A stretch of DNA of 64,000 nucleotides from a virus. Its lineage: Duplodnaviria > Caudoviricetes. Made by a program: the position numbers and the translations under genes. Where the stretch lies: IMG/VR virus record IMGVR_UViG_3300025640_001000; one strand, 5' to 3'. The notes under the pieces are model-generated. The model was not told the origin of the DNA and did no database searches. It worked only from the letters and a program-made list of their open reading frames with translations. This document shows, piece after piece, positions 29,290-37,898 of the stretch (position 1 is the stretch's first letter; each line of letters opens with the position of its first letter).

Positions 29290-30122
29290 GTTTGATATAT
29301 TTGATAAACCTTGATTGCGTGGCAGACAGAGTGCCAGAATTTTCTTCGCAGTTGGATATACACAGAATATCTGCAATAGATACGAGAAGTAGAACAAACG
29401 AGCATACGAAATTTGGATTATCTTTAAATCCACCTGATAAAATATCAAAGTTATACTTTTCATTGTACGCAGGTGCACTTGGTTGTTATTTAAGTCACTA
29501 TATATTTTGGAAGAAAGTGATTGAGGGTAAAAATAATTATGCTCTTGTTCTTGAAGATGATGCTGATCCGAATGATGTGGAACGATTGATTGCATCTGAT
29601 ACTCTTGAAAAACATTTAAACAACAACAAACCGACATTATTGCAGTTAAACAAACGAACCACTTACGACAAACTACCATTTTGGTTTGACGGAACAGAAA
29701 GTTATGCGGTTAACAAAGCAGGAGCAAAATCATTACTTGATTTAACATATGACTTTTCTTGCTTTGAAAATACTTTTATTGAATATGCGTGGGACTGGCC
29801 AGAACTCAAAGGAGGAAAGCAACAATTATTTACAGAGTGGGCAGACCACGATGCAAATATAAATTATACACAAAAAAATACGATTCGTTATGCAGTTGAT
29901 AAATTTATCGGATATTGTGGCATGGATAATGTTCCTACGGAAAAACGATTGAATATAATAATAGAAAATAAAGTAGGAATCAACGAAAAATACAAAAATC
30001 AATCAGATATACTAAATCAACGAAAATTAACATGGCAAATGTCACTACAAGAATTAAAAAAATGCGAGACTGACGATAATTATATGTGGTGGAGTAAGCA
30101 TGAAAACAATTTCAATCAATAA
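29286..30122 (+). CDS. Glycosyltransferase family 25
   Basis: YLINLD, GCYLSH, LVLEDDA, GTESYAV. Confidence 0.85.
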   Translation: MSLIYLINLDCVADRVPEFSSQLDIHRISAIDTRSRTNEHTKFGLSLNPPDKISKLYFSLYAGALGCYLSHYIFWKKVIEGKNNYALVLEDDADPNDVERLIASDTLEKHLNNNKPTLLQLNKRTTYDKLPFWFDGTESYAVNKAGAKSLLDLTYDFSCFENTFIEYAWDWPELKGGKQQLFTEWADHDANINYTQKNTIRYAVDKFIGYCGMDNVPTEKRLNIIIENKVGINEKYKNQSDILNQRKLTWQMSLQELKKCETDDNYMWWSKHENNFNQ

Positions 30123-30936
30123 AACATTTGTAGTTAATTTAGATGATAAAATTCATCGTTACGATTTATTTCGTAATTTACCGAATGTAGAAAGACAACG
30201 TGCGGTGGATTCACGAATTAATTGGTTTGTTTACGAAGATTACAAACTTTCATTGAATCCATGTGGACGAAACACTATTCAATATTTTACGCAATCAAAA
30301 GGAGCAGTTGGGTGTTATCTTAGTCATTATGAAATATGGAGCAAGGTATTAGCAAATAATTACGAGTGGACGTTAATTCTTGAAGATGATGCGAGCATTC
30401 ACGATGCCGAAAGATATGTTTGTAATTATATTGAAATTGAAGATGATGTTGATTTAATTCAATTTAACGATAGAACTCAGCATGGTGATTTGCAAAATTA
30501 TTTTAATGGCACAACTGCATATTTACTGAACCAACGAGCAGCTAAAATTTTATTTGATTCAACACATGAGTTTTCACATTTTAACGAAAATCCAAGTGAA
30601 CTTCTTGAATGGAGAATAAACAAGCACAATTTATATACTTGCTCTTACATTTATGATAATGAAACGAGAACCGAGTGTCTGAAAATACCAAATTCAATAC
30701 GAGTCGCAGTTGATAAACACATTGGATACAATTCGTTTTACTCACTTCCGTCTGACAAAAAAATAAAAATAAAGTTTGATCCAAGAATTAAAATATATGA
30801 AACTAACATCAAGTCGGATGTAACTGGAAACGAAAAACCATTTTATGAAATGAATTGCGAAGAACTTGCTCAGTTAGAAAACAGAAAAGATTTTAAGTGG
30901 TGGGAAAAACCAAATGAATTTAAAAAGAGCATTTAA
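30100..30936 (+). CDS. Glycosyltransferase family 25 (paralog)
   Basis: VVNLD, GCYLSH, LILEDDA, GTTAYLL. Confidence 0.85.
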   Translation: MKTISINKTFVVNLDDKIHRYDLFRNLPNVERQRAVDSRINWFVYEDYKLSLNPCGRNTIQYFTQSKGAVGCYLSHYEIWSKVLANNYEWTLILEDDASIHDAERYVCNYIEIEDDVDLIQFNDRTQHGDLQNYFNGTTAYLLNQRAAKILFDSTHEFSHFNENPSELLEWRINKHNLYTCSYIYDNETRTECLKIPNSIRVAVDKHIGYNSFYSLPSDKKIKIKFDPRIKIYETNIKSDVTGNEKPFYEMNCEELAQLENRKDFKWWEKPNEFKKSI

Positions 30937-31921
30937 AAACGAACCATCCGATAATTCTATTGTATTGATATGTGTTCTGAGGGACGAAATATTATTACTT
31001 CCTTATTTCATTGAGTATTATACGAAAATGGGAGTTTCACATTTTATATTCGTAGATAACGATTCAATAGACGATTCACAAAAGTATTTGTGCGAACATC
31101 CGTTTGAAAATATAAAAGTTTATCACACCGATGAAGAGTATTCAAAAAATTTATATGGTGTATCTTGGGTAAACGAAATTTTAAATGTTCAACTCAAAAA
31201 CAAATGGTGTATAGTAGTTGACGTAGATGAATTGATTCAACCCAAAGATAAAATCAACCTCTCACACCTCAGAGCAAATATGCAAAATTCAAATGCAAAT
31301 ATTTTAGTTACCTGCTTATTGGACTTTTATCCATCTAAATTAAATGAGAAAATATACGAATCAGGAACTCCGTTTCAAGAGCATTCAGATATGTTTGATA
31401 AAATGAATGATGACAATGTTTTTTATGCAATTCAAAATGATGGAGTTGTAACTATAAAAGGAGGACTGCGTCATAGATTGCTTAATTCACACAATAAACC
31501 AAGCAATAATTCGGTGTGTTTAACGAAAAAAACTTTTTTTAAATACGATTTTTATGAAACTCATCATTTATCCGAAGGATGTCATTGGTTGATGCCAAAC
31601 AATTTTATAGATTGGTTACATCCTGATAACAACAAACTTTGGAAATCAACAAACAAATTTTTAAGGTTTTATGAAAATTTGCAAATTCTTGGTCATTTTA
31701 AATACCTCAAACCAAACGTGTTTGAATATTTTGAAGAAAGAGTGAACCGCAATCAAGATTGGGACGGTGGAATCAGAGTCACATCTGGATCAATTGAGTA
31801 CCAGACATATATTGAAAATAAGTCGGAAAAAATGGAAGACGTCACCACCAGTGAAATGTATAACCACAACCATGATGATTTATACGAAAAAACTTTGAAT
31901 AACGTTCTGAAAAAATTATAA
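30914..31921 (+). CDS. Glycosyltransferase family 2 (Glyco_tranf_2_4-like)
   Basis: LRDE..LPYFIEYY..GV..FIFVDNDSID; WCIVVDVDE; HFKY. Confidence 0.85.
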   Translation: MNLKRAFKNEPSDNSIVLICVLRDEILLLPYFIEYYTKMGVSHFIFVDNDSIDDSQKYLCEHPFENIKVYHTDEEYSKNLYGVSWVNEILNVQLKNKWCIVVDVDELIQPKDKINLSHLRANMQNSNANILVTCLLDFYPSKLNEKIYESGTPFQEHSDMFDKMNDDNVFYAIQNDGVVTIKGGLRHRLLNSHNKPSNNSVCLTKKTFFKYDFYETHHLSEGCHWLMPNNFIDWLHPDNNKLWKSTNKFLRFYENLQILGHFKYLKPNVFEYFEERVNRNQDWDGGIRVTSGSIEYQTYIENKSEKMEDVTTSEMYNHNHDDLYEKTLNNVLKKL

Positions 31922-31978
31922 AAACAAAACAAACAACATATTTATAGTAAAACCTTTATTAACAACGGGAGAAAAAAA

Positions 31979-33787
31979 ATGAGTAGCATTCAAGAAAAAG
32001 GAGATTTAAGTGGCGATAATAAATTGTCAGGTAAAGATATAGACATCAATTGGGCATACCTTCAAACAAAATTACTTGCAGAATCCGAGTGGTCGGAAAA
32101 TATAGCAAAATCAAACGAAACTGATAAATGCAATGACAATCCTGCAAAATGCTCACCAGTTGATGCTCAAGGCAATGTTACTCAGGCAGTAAATAAATGT
32201 GGAGATCCTGCAAACTGGAGGTTAAATGACACATATACAGGTAATGGTTCGAACGAATGCCCACCGTGTTGTCAATATCTTCCTACAAATTTCATTGAAA
32301 AAATGCTCGATTTGTATGAAGCAAATCAGGGTGCGGGTATTGCAGAAACCAACACTGAATTTGGTCCTACTGTTGAAGACAATGTTGCCGATCTCCCTGG
32401 TACACTTGAACTTGGTTCTCCACTTGGAAAACCTCAAGTAAATCTTTTAAAAAGGTGGACATTAGACGATCAACCAAACTCTTCATCTGACAACGGTGCT
32501 ACCAGCAAAGCAGTGGAATCATTTTCAGGTGACTTGAGTGCAACTTTGAATGACGCGTGGTGGAGGGCAAAAACTACTGCAACGGATATGTTGCAACTCG
32601 GGTCAACAGCTAGTGTAGAATTTGACACAGGTGGTGCTTTAAGCAACGAAGGAAACTGGACTATACATTTTAAAGCTATTCCAAACTGGGGATCGAGTGG
32701 GAGCAATCAAATCCTTTCCATTGGAAACATGACCCTCTCAACTGGAAAAAAACTTTTGACTCTAAGAGAAGCAAATAACCGACCATATTATTTTGTATTT
32801 CCTAATGAAGTAGAAAAATCTACATATAATAATCAGCTTATTGATTTTTATTTTCAAAGAGTTACACAGGGTGTTAAAATGTTTATAGATACTGGTACGG
32901 GACCTAAATTATGTCCACAATCTGTTGTAGGTGTGATTCCTGTGATAATAGAAGACAACGATTCTCCTTTAATTATATACGGTACTGGTGTTAAGCACTT
33001 GAAAGATCTTTGGATTGCTGATGGTTCATTGAGTTCAACACAAATCACTAAAATGACTCAAGATAGGTTTGATGTATATAGAGCAAAAAATGATTTAAAT
33101 GTTAGTGAAGCATTTATCGGATTTTTGGATCAAACTAACGATATATACGGAAACTGGTTAAGAATTTTCCGAACCAATGACTCGGCTTTATGGAAAGGTC
33201 AACGACCAGACTTGTGGCAAACACCACCAGCTGGTTCGGCAAATGGATTTTCAACAAACAATAGAAATCATTGCTTGAAGTTAGGAGCCGATACTCGTAA
33301 CATGAAATTGGAAAATATAAATTTTAAAGGTAATTTTACCGTAGGGGCATGGATTAGAACTGGTAAGGTAGATGAACCTTTTATTAAATTTCAGGATATG
33401 TCAGACACGAAATCATTTGGTATCCAGGTGAATGGTGCTAAAACAAAACTGCAAACTAAAGCAACGGGATTATCTATGGCTTGGCCAGGACCTATAAATC
33501 ATGATTTTTCCACAATGGAAACTGACTGGTTTCATATTGTTATTGTCAAAAATCGTAATACAATTGGATTTTGGATAAACGGAGCAACGGGTGACGATAT
33601 GCACGTTACACTTTCTGATGCTGATATAAATGCACTTGGAAATACTAGATTTTGTTTTTTCGGAAGTACATCAAATCCGGTTTATATAGCAGATGTTCGT
33701 GCTTATCATTATGCATTAAGTCATGTTCCTGCAAATGGATTTGGACCAAGAAGTTCGTGGCCATTCATAGATGATATAAAAGCATAA
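31979..33787 (+). CDS. Putative virion protein: dockerin-like loop, Cys-rich segment, LamG-like domains
   Basis: GDLSGDNKLSGKD; six Cys; FTVGAWIR, WFHIVIV, FWING, IADVRAY. Confidence 0.65.
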   Translation: MSSIQEKGDLSGDNKLSGKDIDINWAYLQTKLLAESEWSENIAKSNETDKCNDNPAKCSPVDAQGNVTQAVNKCGDPANWRLNDTYTGNGSNECPPCCQYLPTNFIEKMLDLYEANQGAGIAETNTEFGPTVEDNVADLPGTLELGSPLGKPQVNLLKRWTLDDQPNSSSDNGATSKAVESFSGDLSATLNDAWWRAKTTATDMLQLGSTASVEFDTGGALSNEGNWTIHFKAIPNWGSSGSNQILSIGNMTLSTGKKLLTLREANNRPYYFVFPNEVEKSTYNNQLIDFYFQRVTQGVKMFIDTGTGPKLCPQSVVGVIPVIIEDNDSPLIIYGTGVKHLKDLWIADGSLSSTQITKMTQDRFDVYRAKNDLNVSEAFIGFLDQTNDIYGNWLRIFRTNDSALWKGQRPDLWQTPPAGSANGFSTNNRNHCLKLGADTRNMKLENINFKGNFTVGAWIRTGKVDEPFIKFQDMSDTKSFGIQVNGAKTKLQTKATGLSMAWPGPINHDFSTMETDWFHIVIVKNRNTIGFWINGATGDDMHVTLSDADINALGNTRFCFFGSTSNPVYIADVRAYHYALSHVPANGFGPRSSWPFIDDIKA

Positions 33788-33794
33788 TTTTACA

Positions 33795-34394
33795 ATGATA
33801 AACGATAAGCATAAGTTTATCTTTGTAAGAGTTACTAAAACTGCATCAACTTCTATAACTGATTGTTTAGAAAAAAGTGTAAAATTGGACTCATATAAAT
33901 GGTCAGTTGTCCAACTAGAAATAAAAGAAAAATGGCAGGATGACGAGAATCATATTCCGATGTGGTTCATAGAAGAAAATATTTCTGATAAAAAGTTTAA
34001 ATCTTACTTTAAATTTTCGTTTGTAAGAAATCCATTTGACAAGTTAGTATCAGCATATGGGTATGATATAAATTGGCATTGCAAGAATAAAATAAAAAAT
34101 GATAATTTAGATACCTTTGCTAGATATATTAAAAGTGGTTTTGGGACACGATTGAAAAACTCATCACAGTATGATTTTACATATGGATGTGATTTCATCG
34201 GAAGATTTGAAAACCTTCAAGAAGACATCAATGTTGTCTGCGACAAAATTAAAATTCCACAACAACAACTTCCACATAAAAACAAATCAAAACACAAATC
34301 TTACAGTGAATACTACGATGACGAAACAAAGCAAATTGTTGCGGAAAAATTCGCAAAAGACATTGAGTATTTCGGTTATGAATTTGGAGAATAG
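33795..34394 (+). CDS. Sulfotransferase (Sulfotransfer_2 family)
   Basis: RVTKTASTS; FVRNPFDKLVS; IGRFENL; FGYEFGE end. Confidence 0.88.
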   Translation: MINDKHKFIFVRVTKTASTSITDCLEKSVKLDSYKWSVVQLEIKEKWQDDENHIPMWFIEENISDKKFKSYFKFSFVRNPFDKLVSAYGYDINWHCKNKIKNDNLDTFARYIKSGFGTRLKNSSQYDFTYGCDFIGRFENLQEDINVVCDKIKIPQQQLPHKNKSKHKSYSEYYDDETKQIVAEKFAKDIEYFGYEFGE

Positions 34395-34396
34395 GA

Positions 34397-34999
34397 ATGA
34401 AAAAATATACAATTACAAAATCGAAAGAAAGCAAGTATGTTTGGTTTCAAATAGCAAAAAATGCGTCGCGTACGACTGTCAATTATTTAAATGAAAACAC
34501 AAAGGTAGACTTTGGATTTCCACTCTACCTTAACAAAGATGCTGGATATCAAAAACCATATGAAAGTGAATATGATGACTATTTTAAATTTACAATAGTT
34601 AGAAATCCGTGGGATAGAATTTTAAGTTTTTATTTAAATAAAATACATGGCAAAGATGTGTACACAGAAAATTATTCCAGTTTTTCTGAATGTAAAACAC
34701 TTAGAGATACTATTTCAATATTAATGACAAAAAATCTTAAAGATTGTGATGTTCATTATCAACTACAAATCGAATGCTTTCCATCTGATAATATTGACTT
34801 TATAGGTCGTTTCGAAAACCTCCAACACGACTTCAATATAATCTGCGACAAAATCGGAATTCCACGACAACAACTTCCACACAAAAACAAAACAAAACAC
34901 AAACACTACACAGAATATTACGATGATGAAACTCGTCAAATTGTTGCAGAAAGATATGCACAGGACATTGAGTATTTCGGATATAAATTTGGAGAGTGA
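34397..34999 (+). CDS. Sulfotransferase (Sulfotransfer_2 family)
   Basis: IAKNASRT; IVRNPWDRILS; FGYKFGE end. Confidence 0.88.
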   Translation: MKKYTITKSKESKYVWFQIAKNASRTTVNYLNENTKVDFGFPLYLNKDAGYQKPYESEYDDYFKFTIVRNPWDRILSFYLNKIHGKDVYTENYSSFSECKTLRDTISILMTKNLKDCDVHYQLQIECFPSDNIDFIGRFENLQHDFNIICDKIGIPRQQLPHKNKTKHKHYTEYYDDETRQIVAERYAQDIEYFGYKFGE

Positions 35000-35002
35000 G
35001 GG

Positions 35003-35596
35003 ATGATTATATCTAAAAAACATAATTTTATTTATATTGCAGTTTCTAAAACAGGATCGACGTCGATACATAAAGCATTTTCAAATTTAGATGATGAAAC
35101 ACTTTTTATTGAAAAAGAAAATGAAGATAATAAAGATAGAGTTAATAAATTTATATATAAACATATTAAAGCAACTGACTTAAAAAAACAAATTGAAAAC
35201 TATGATGAACATTTTAAGTTTTCTTTCGTTAGAAATCCATATGATAGAGCTGTGTCTTGGGTTTACTATTATTATAGAAACAGAAAGATTAATTTAGATG
35301 AACACTCCTTTAAAGAATTAATTTTTAAATTCCCAGACTGGATATGGACCGGCCAACATGAGTTTCTATTTGAAGATAATAAAAATTCAATGAATTTTGT
35401 AGGTAAAGTTGAAAACTTCCAACAAGACTTCAACATAATCTGCGACAAAATTGGAATTCCAAAACAAGAACTTCCACACAAAAACAAAACAAAACATAAA
35501 CACTACACCGAATACTACGATAAAGAAACAAAACAAATTGTTGCAGAAAAATACAGGAAAGACATTGAGTATTTCGGATATGAATTTGGAGAATAA
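35003..35596 (+). CDS. Sulfotransferase (Sulfotransfer_2 family)
   Basis: AVSKTGSTS; FVRNPYDRAVS; FGYEFGE end. Confidence 0.88.
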   Translation: MIISKKHNFIYIAVSKTGSTSIHKAFSNLDDETLFIEKENEDNKDRVNKFIYKHIKATDLKKQIENYDEHFKFSFVRNPYDRAVSWVYYYYRNRKINLDEHSFKELIFKFPDWIWTGQHEFLFEDNKNSMNFVGKVENFQQDFNIICDKIGIPKQELPHKNKTKHKHYTEYYDKETKQIVAEKYRKDIEYFGYEFGE

Positions 35597-35599
35597 ACC

Positions 35600-36259
35600 G
35601 TGAATATATTTGAAGAAATGATTAATAAAACTGGAAAATCTAAAGATTTTTTTTTCATTCAGATAGGATCAAATGATGGAGTTCGAAACGATCCGTTATA
35701 CAAGTTTATCTGTAAATTTAATTGGTCTGGTATCTGTGTAGAACCTGTTCCTTATTTATATAATAAATTGCAAAAACTTCATGTGATGCGTAAAAATATT
35801 AGTTGCAGGAATGTTGCAGTTTCCTCCACTGGTGGTAATATGACTTTTTATTATATTAAAGAAAACCAACACGACCAAACAGACTGGGCGAGTGGTAACG
35901 GCCTGGGTTCTTTTAATAAAGAAATAGTAATGAAACATCAAAACGGAGTGTATGACTTTGATGATAATTTTTCTAAGATGGAGGTTAAGACGATTACATT
36001 TAGTGACTTAACTAGTGGTGTACCTAAAATTGATTTACTTCATATTGATGCAGAGGGGTATGATTTTGAAATAATTAAAACAATAGATTTTACTAAAACA
36101 ATACCTTCATTTATTTTGTTTGAACATAAGTGGTTAGATGATAAAAATGAAGTTTATGAATTTTTAAAAGAACATAAATATAAATGCTTAGACTTAAACA
36201 ATAAGTCGGATACACTTGCAATACACGAAGATTGCAAGCTTGCAGAGTACAATCGATGA
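35600..36259 (+). CDS. FkbM family methyltransferase
   Basis: QIGSNDG, VEP, IDLLHIDAEGYD, FEH. Confidence 0.88.
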   Translation: MNIFEEMINKTGKSKDFFFIQIGSNDGVRNDPLYKFICKFNWSGICVEPVPYLYNKLQKLHVMRKNISCRNVAVSSTGGNMTFYYIKENQHDQTDWASGNGLGSFNKEIVMKHQNGVYDFDDNFSKMEVKTITFSDLTSGVPKIDLLHIDAEGYDFEIIKTIDFTKTIPSFILFEHKWLDDKNEVYEFLKEHKYKCLDLNNKSDTLAIHEDCKLAEYNR

Positions 36260-36969
36260 AAAAGGCAATTTACCAACTTACTATAAAACCATTAGAGTTT
36301 ACTGACATACGAAATAAAAAACAGGAATTCGAAGTAACCCGATGTATACCTACTGTGGTCGAGTATGCAAAAAATGTAAATGCAGATTATATAATGTTAA
36401 ACGAGGATAATCTACCGAGTTGGGTTCTAAATGAAATTATAAAAAAAGATGGTAGTTATGTAAGAGCATTGATTGCCAAATGTTTGTTATTTAAGGTATG
36501 GGCATCAACTGAATATGATCAAATTTTGTTTTTAGATAATGATATCCAAGTAATTGGAGAACGTGACATATTTAATGAAAATTTTGACATAGCAACTCGT
36601 CACTATGAAAAAATTAGACAAGACCGTGCGACTAAATACTTTGGTCGTCCAATGACCCCGTGTAATACCGCGGTCATGGTAATGAATAAAGAATATATTA
36701 AAAAGTTATCAAAAATAAAATTTAATTGGGAAGAGATGTTGAAAAAATGCCATGAATATAAAGGTAAAGTTGGCGAACGATACTTTAGTGGATATTTAGG
36801 TGAGTTTTTTTATATGCATTGTCTAGATGAATTAAAAACTAAACCAGTGGATTTATCTGTTGATAAATGGACTAAAGATTATATAGGATATAAATACAAT
36901 CCGAATTTCTTCAAAGATATTTCAGAATATAATTTTATTCACTGGGTTGGCACAGAATATTTAAAATAA
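36256..36969 (+). CDS. GT-A glycosyltransferase (GT8/GT34-like)
   Basis: YAKNVNADY, YDQILFLDNDI, NTAVMV, FIHWVG. Confidence 0.7.
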   Translation: MKKAIYQLTIKPLEFTDIRNKKQEFEVTRCIPTVVEYAKNVNADYIMLNEDNLPSWVLNEIIKKDGSYVRALIAKCLLFKVWASTEYDQILFLDNDIQVIGERDIFNENFDIATRHYEKIRQDRATKYFGRPMTPCNTAVMVMNKEYIKKLSKIKFNWEEMLKKCHEYKGKVGERYFSGYLGEFFYMHCLDELKTKPVDLSVDKWTKDYIGYKYNPNFFKDISEYNFIHWVGTEYLK

Positions 36970-36979
36970 TATATGGTAA

Positions 36980-37003
36980 TTCGGATATGAGTTCGGAAAG
37001 TAA
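36980..37003 (+). pseudogene. Orphan remnant of a sulfotransferase 3' end (FGYEFGK*)
   Basis: TTCGGATATGAGTTCGGAAAGTAA matches the paralog ends but has an in-frame stop immediately upstream. Confidence 0.7.
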
Positions 37004-37019
37004 GTTTTTATAAAAACTC
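37001..37019 (+). repeat. 19-nt direct repeat, copy 1, containing perfect palindrome AGTTTTTATAAAAACT
   Basis: TAAGTTTTTATAAAAACTC identical to 38988..39006. Confidence 0.85.
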
Positions 37020-37043
37020 GTATATACCATACTTATTATAATC

Positions 37044-37169
37044 ATGGAAACGATATTATTCATATTATTGGGAATGTTTATTGGTTGGAATTTCCCACAA
37101 CCTGCATATGCGAAATTTATTCAGAACAAGGTTCTTGATTTCGTAAGAAAACTTGTAAGCAAAAAGTAA
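37044..37169 (+). CDS. Small membrane protein, 41 aa (not in ORF track)
   Basis: METILFILLGMFIGWNFPQPAYAK...; TACTTAT 7 nt upstream. Confidence 0.7.
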   Translation: METILFILLGMFIGWNFPQPAYAKFIQNKVLDFVRKLVSKK

Positions 37170-37199
37170 TCTAATTTAAAAATTTTAGGAGAGATTGAT

Positions 37200-37310
37200 A
37201 TGGATATTATATTATTGTATATCGTTGTGGGTATGTTTGCGGAACACTTTCTTGGTATCGCAGGTAAAATTACAGAAGTAACTTACAACTACATCAAAAG
37301 AAAATTATAA
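37200..37310 (+). CDS. Small membrane protein, 36 aa (not in ORF track)
   Basis: MDIILLYIVVGMFAEHFLG...; AGGAGA SD upstream. Confidence 0.65.
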   Translation: MDIILLYIVVGMFAEHFLGIAGKITEVTYNYIKRKL

Positions 37311-37317
37311 AAACCAC

Positions 37318-37349
37318 TTGACATTTTCAGAACAATATACTATATTTAT
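37318..37349 (+). promoter_or_regulatory. Overlapping sigma70-type promoter and TATTTAT motif upstream of tmRNA
   Basis: TTGACA-N17-TATATT overlapped by TATTTAT. Confidence 0.65.
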
Positions 37350-37384
37350 ATTCTTACTTGTTCATTGATAGTCAAATTTCTGTT

Positions 37385-37793
37385 GGGGGTATTCTGGATT
37401 CGATTTGTATTTAGATATCCAAACTGCACGTGAAGGATAATACACGGCCTTCTCAAAATGTATTAAATTGTTTAAATGGCGAAGATACATTCGTTGCAGA
37501 CCTTCTCGCAGACGCAGAAGCAGAATTCTCTGCTTTAGAAGAAGCGGAAGCTGTGTTGGTGGCATAAATAAGCCCACCCCGTCACCCAAATGATCACACG
37601 ACTAGTTTGGTGTTGGCGTCAACAATCGTGGAACCAGAGATTGTTTTTTCGTTGGAAACTCTGTATAACAATAAAACGAATAGAAAAGGTAGACTTGTTT
37701 GTTGGGTAACTTTTTGAAATTTACGACAAAATAAACGTGTAGACGTTTGGAAAGAAGAATAGAAAGACGCGGGTTCGACTCCCGCTACCTCCA
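37385..37793 (+). ncRNA. ssrA: tmRNA, tag (A)GEDTFVADLLADAEAEFSALEEAEAVLVA
   Basis: 5' GGGGGTA pairs with 3' TACCTCC (G3:U wobble, A discriminator, CCA not encoded); GGATTCGA; T-arm GCGGG-TTCGACT-CCCGC; PK1 GAAGG/CCTTC and TAATACA/TGTATTA; TAAAT-GGC resume context at 37478. Confidence 0.95.
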
Positions 37794-37898
37794 GAAGTCT
37801 TTTAATTTAATATTGGAAGATTACTGAAGGTAGTTGAAAAACTACTTCCAACAGAGATTTGATTTGACAAATTATAAAAACTATCATATTTATATTGT

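Noticed and set aside
37362-37589. Minus-strand 75-aa ORF
   Set aside because: Shadow of the tmRNA
37760-37793. Stand-alone tRNA gene
   Set aside because: The T-arm and acceptor half pair with 37385-37391 as part of the tmRNA; no anticodon arm. No other tRNA was noticed by eye
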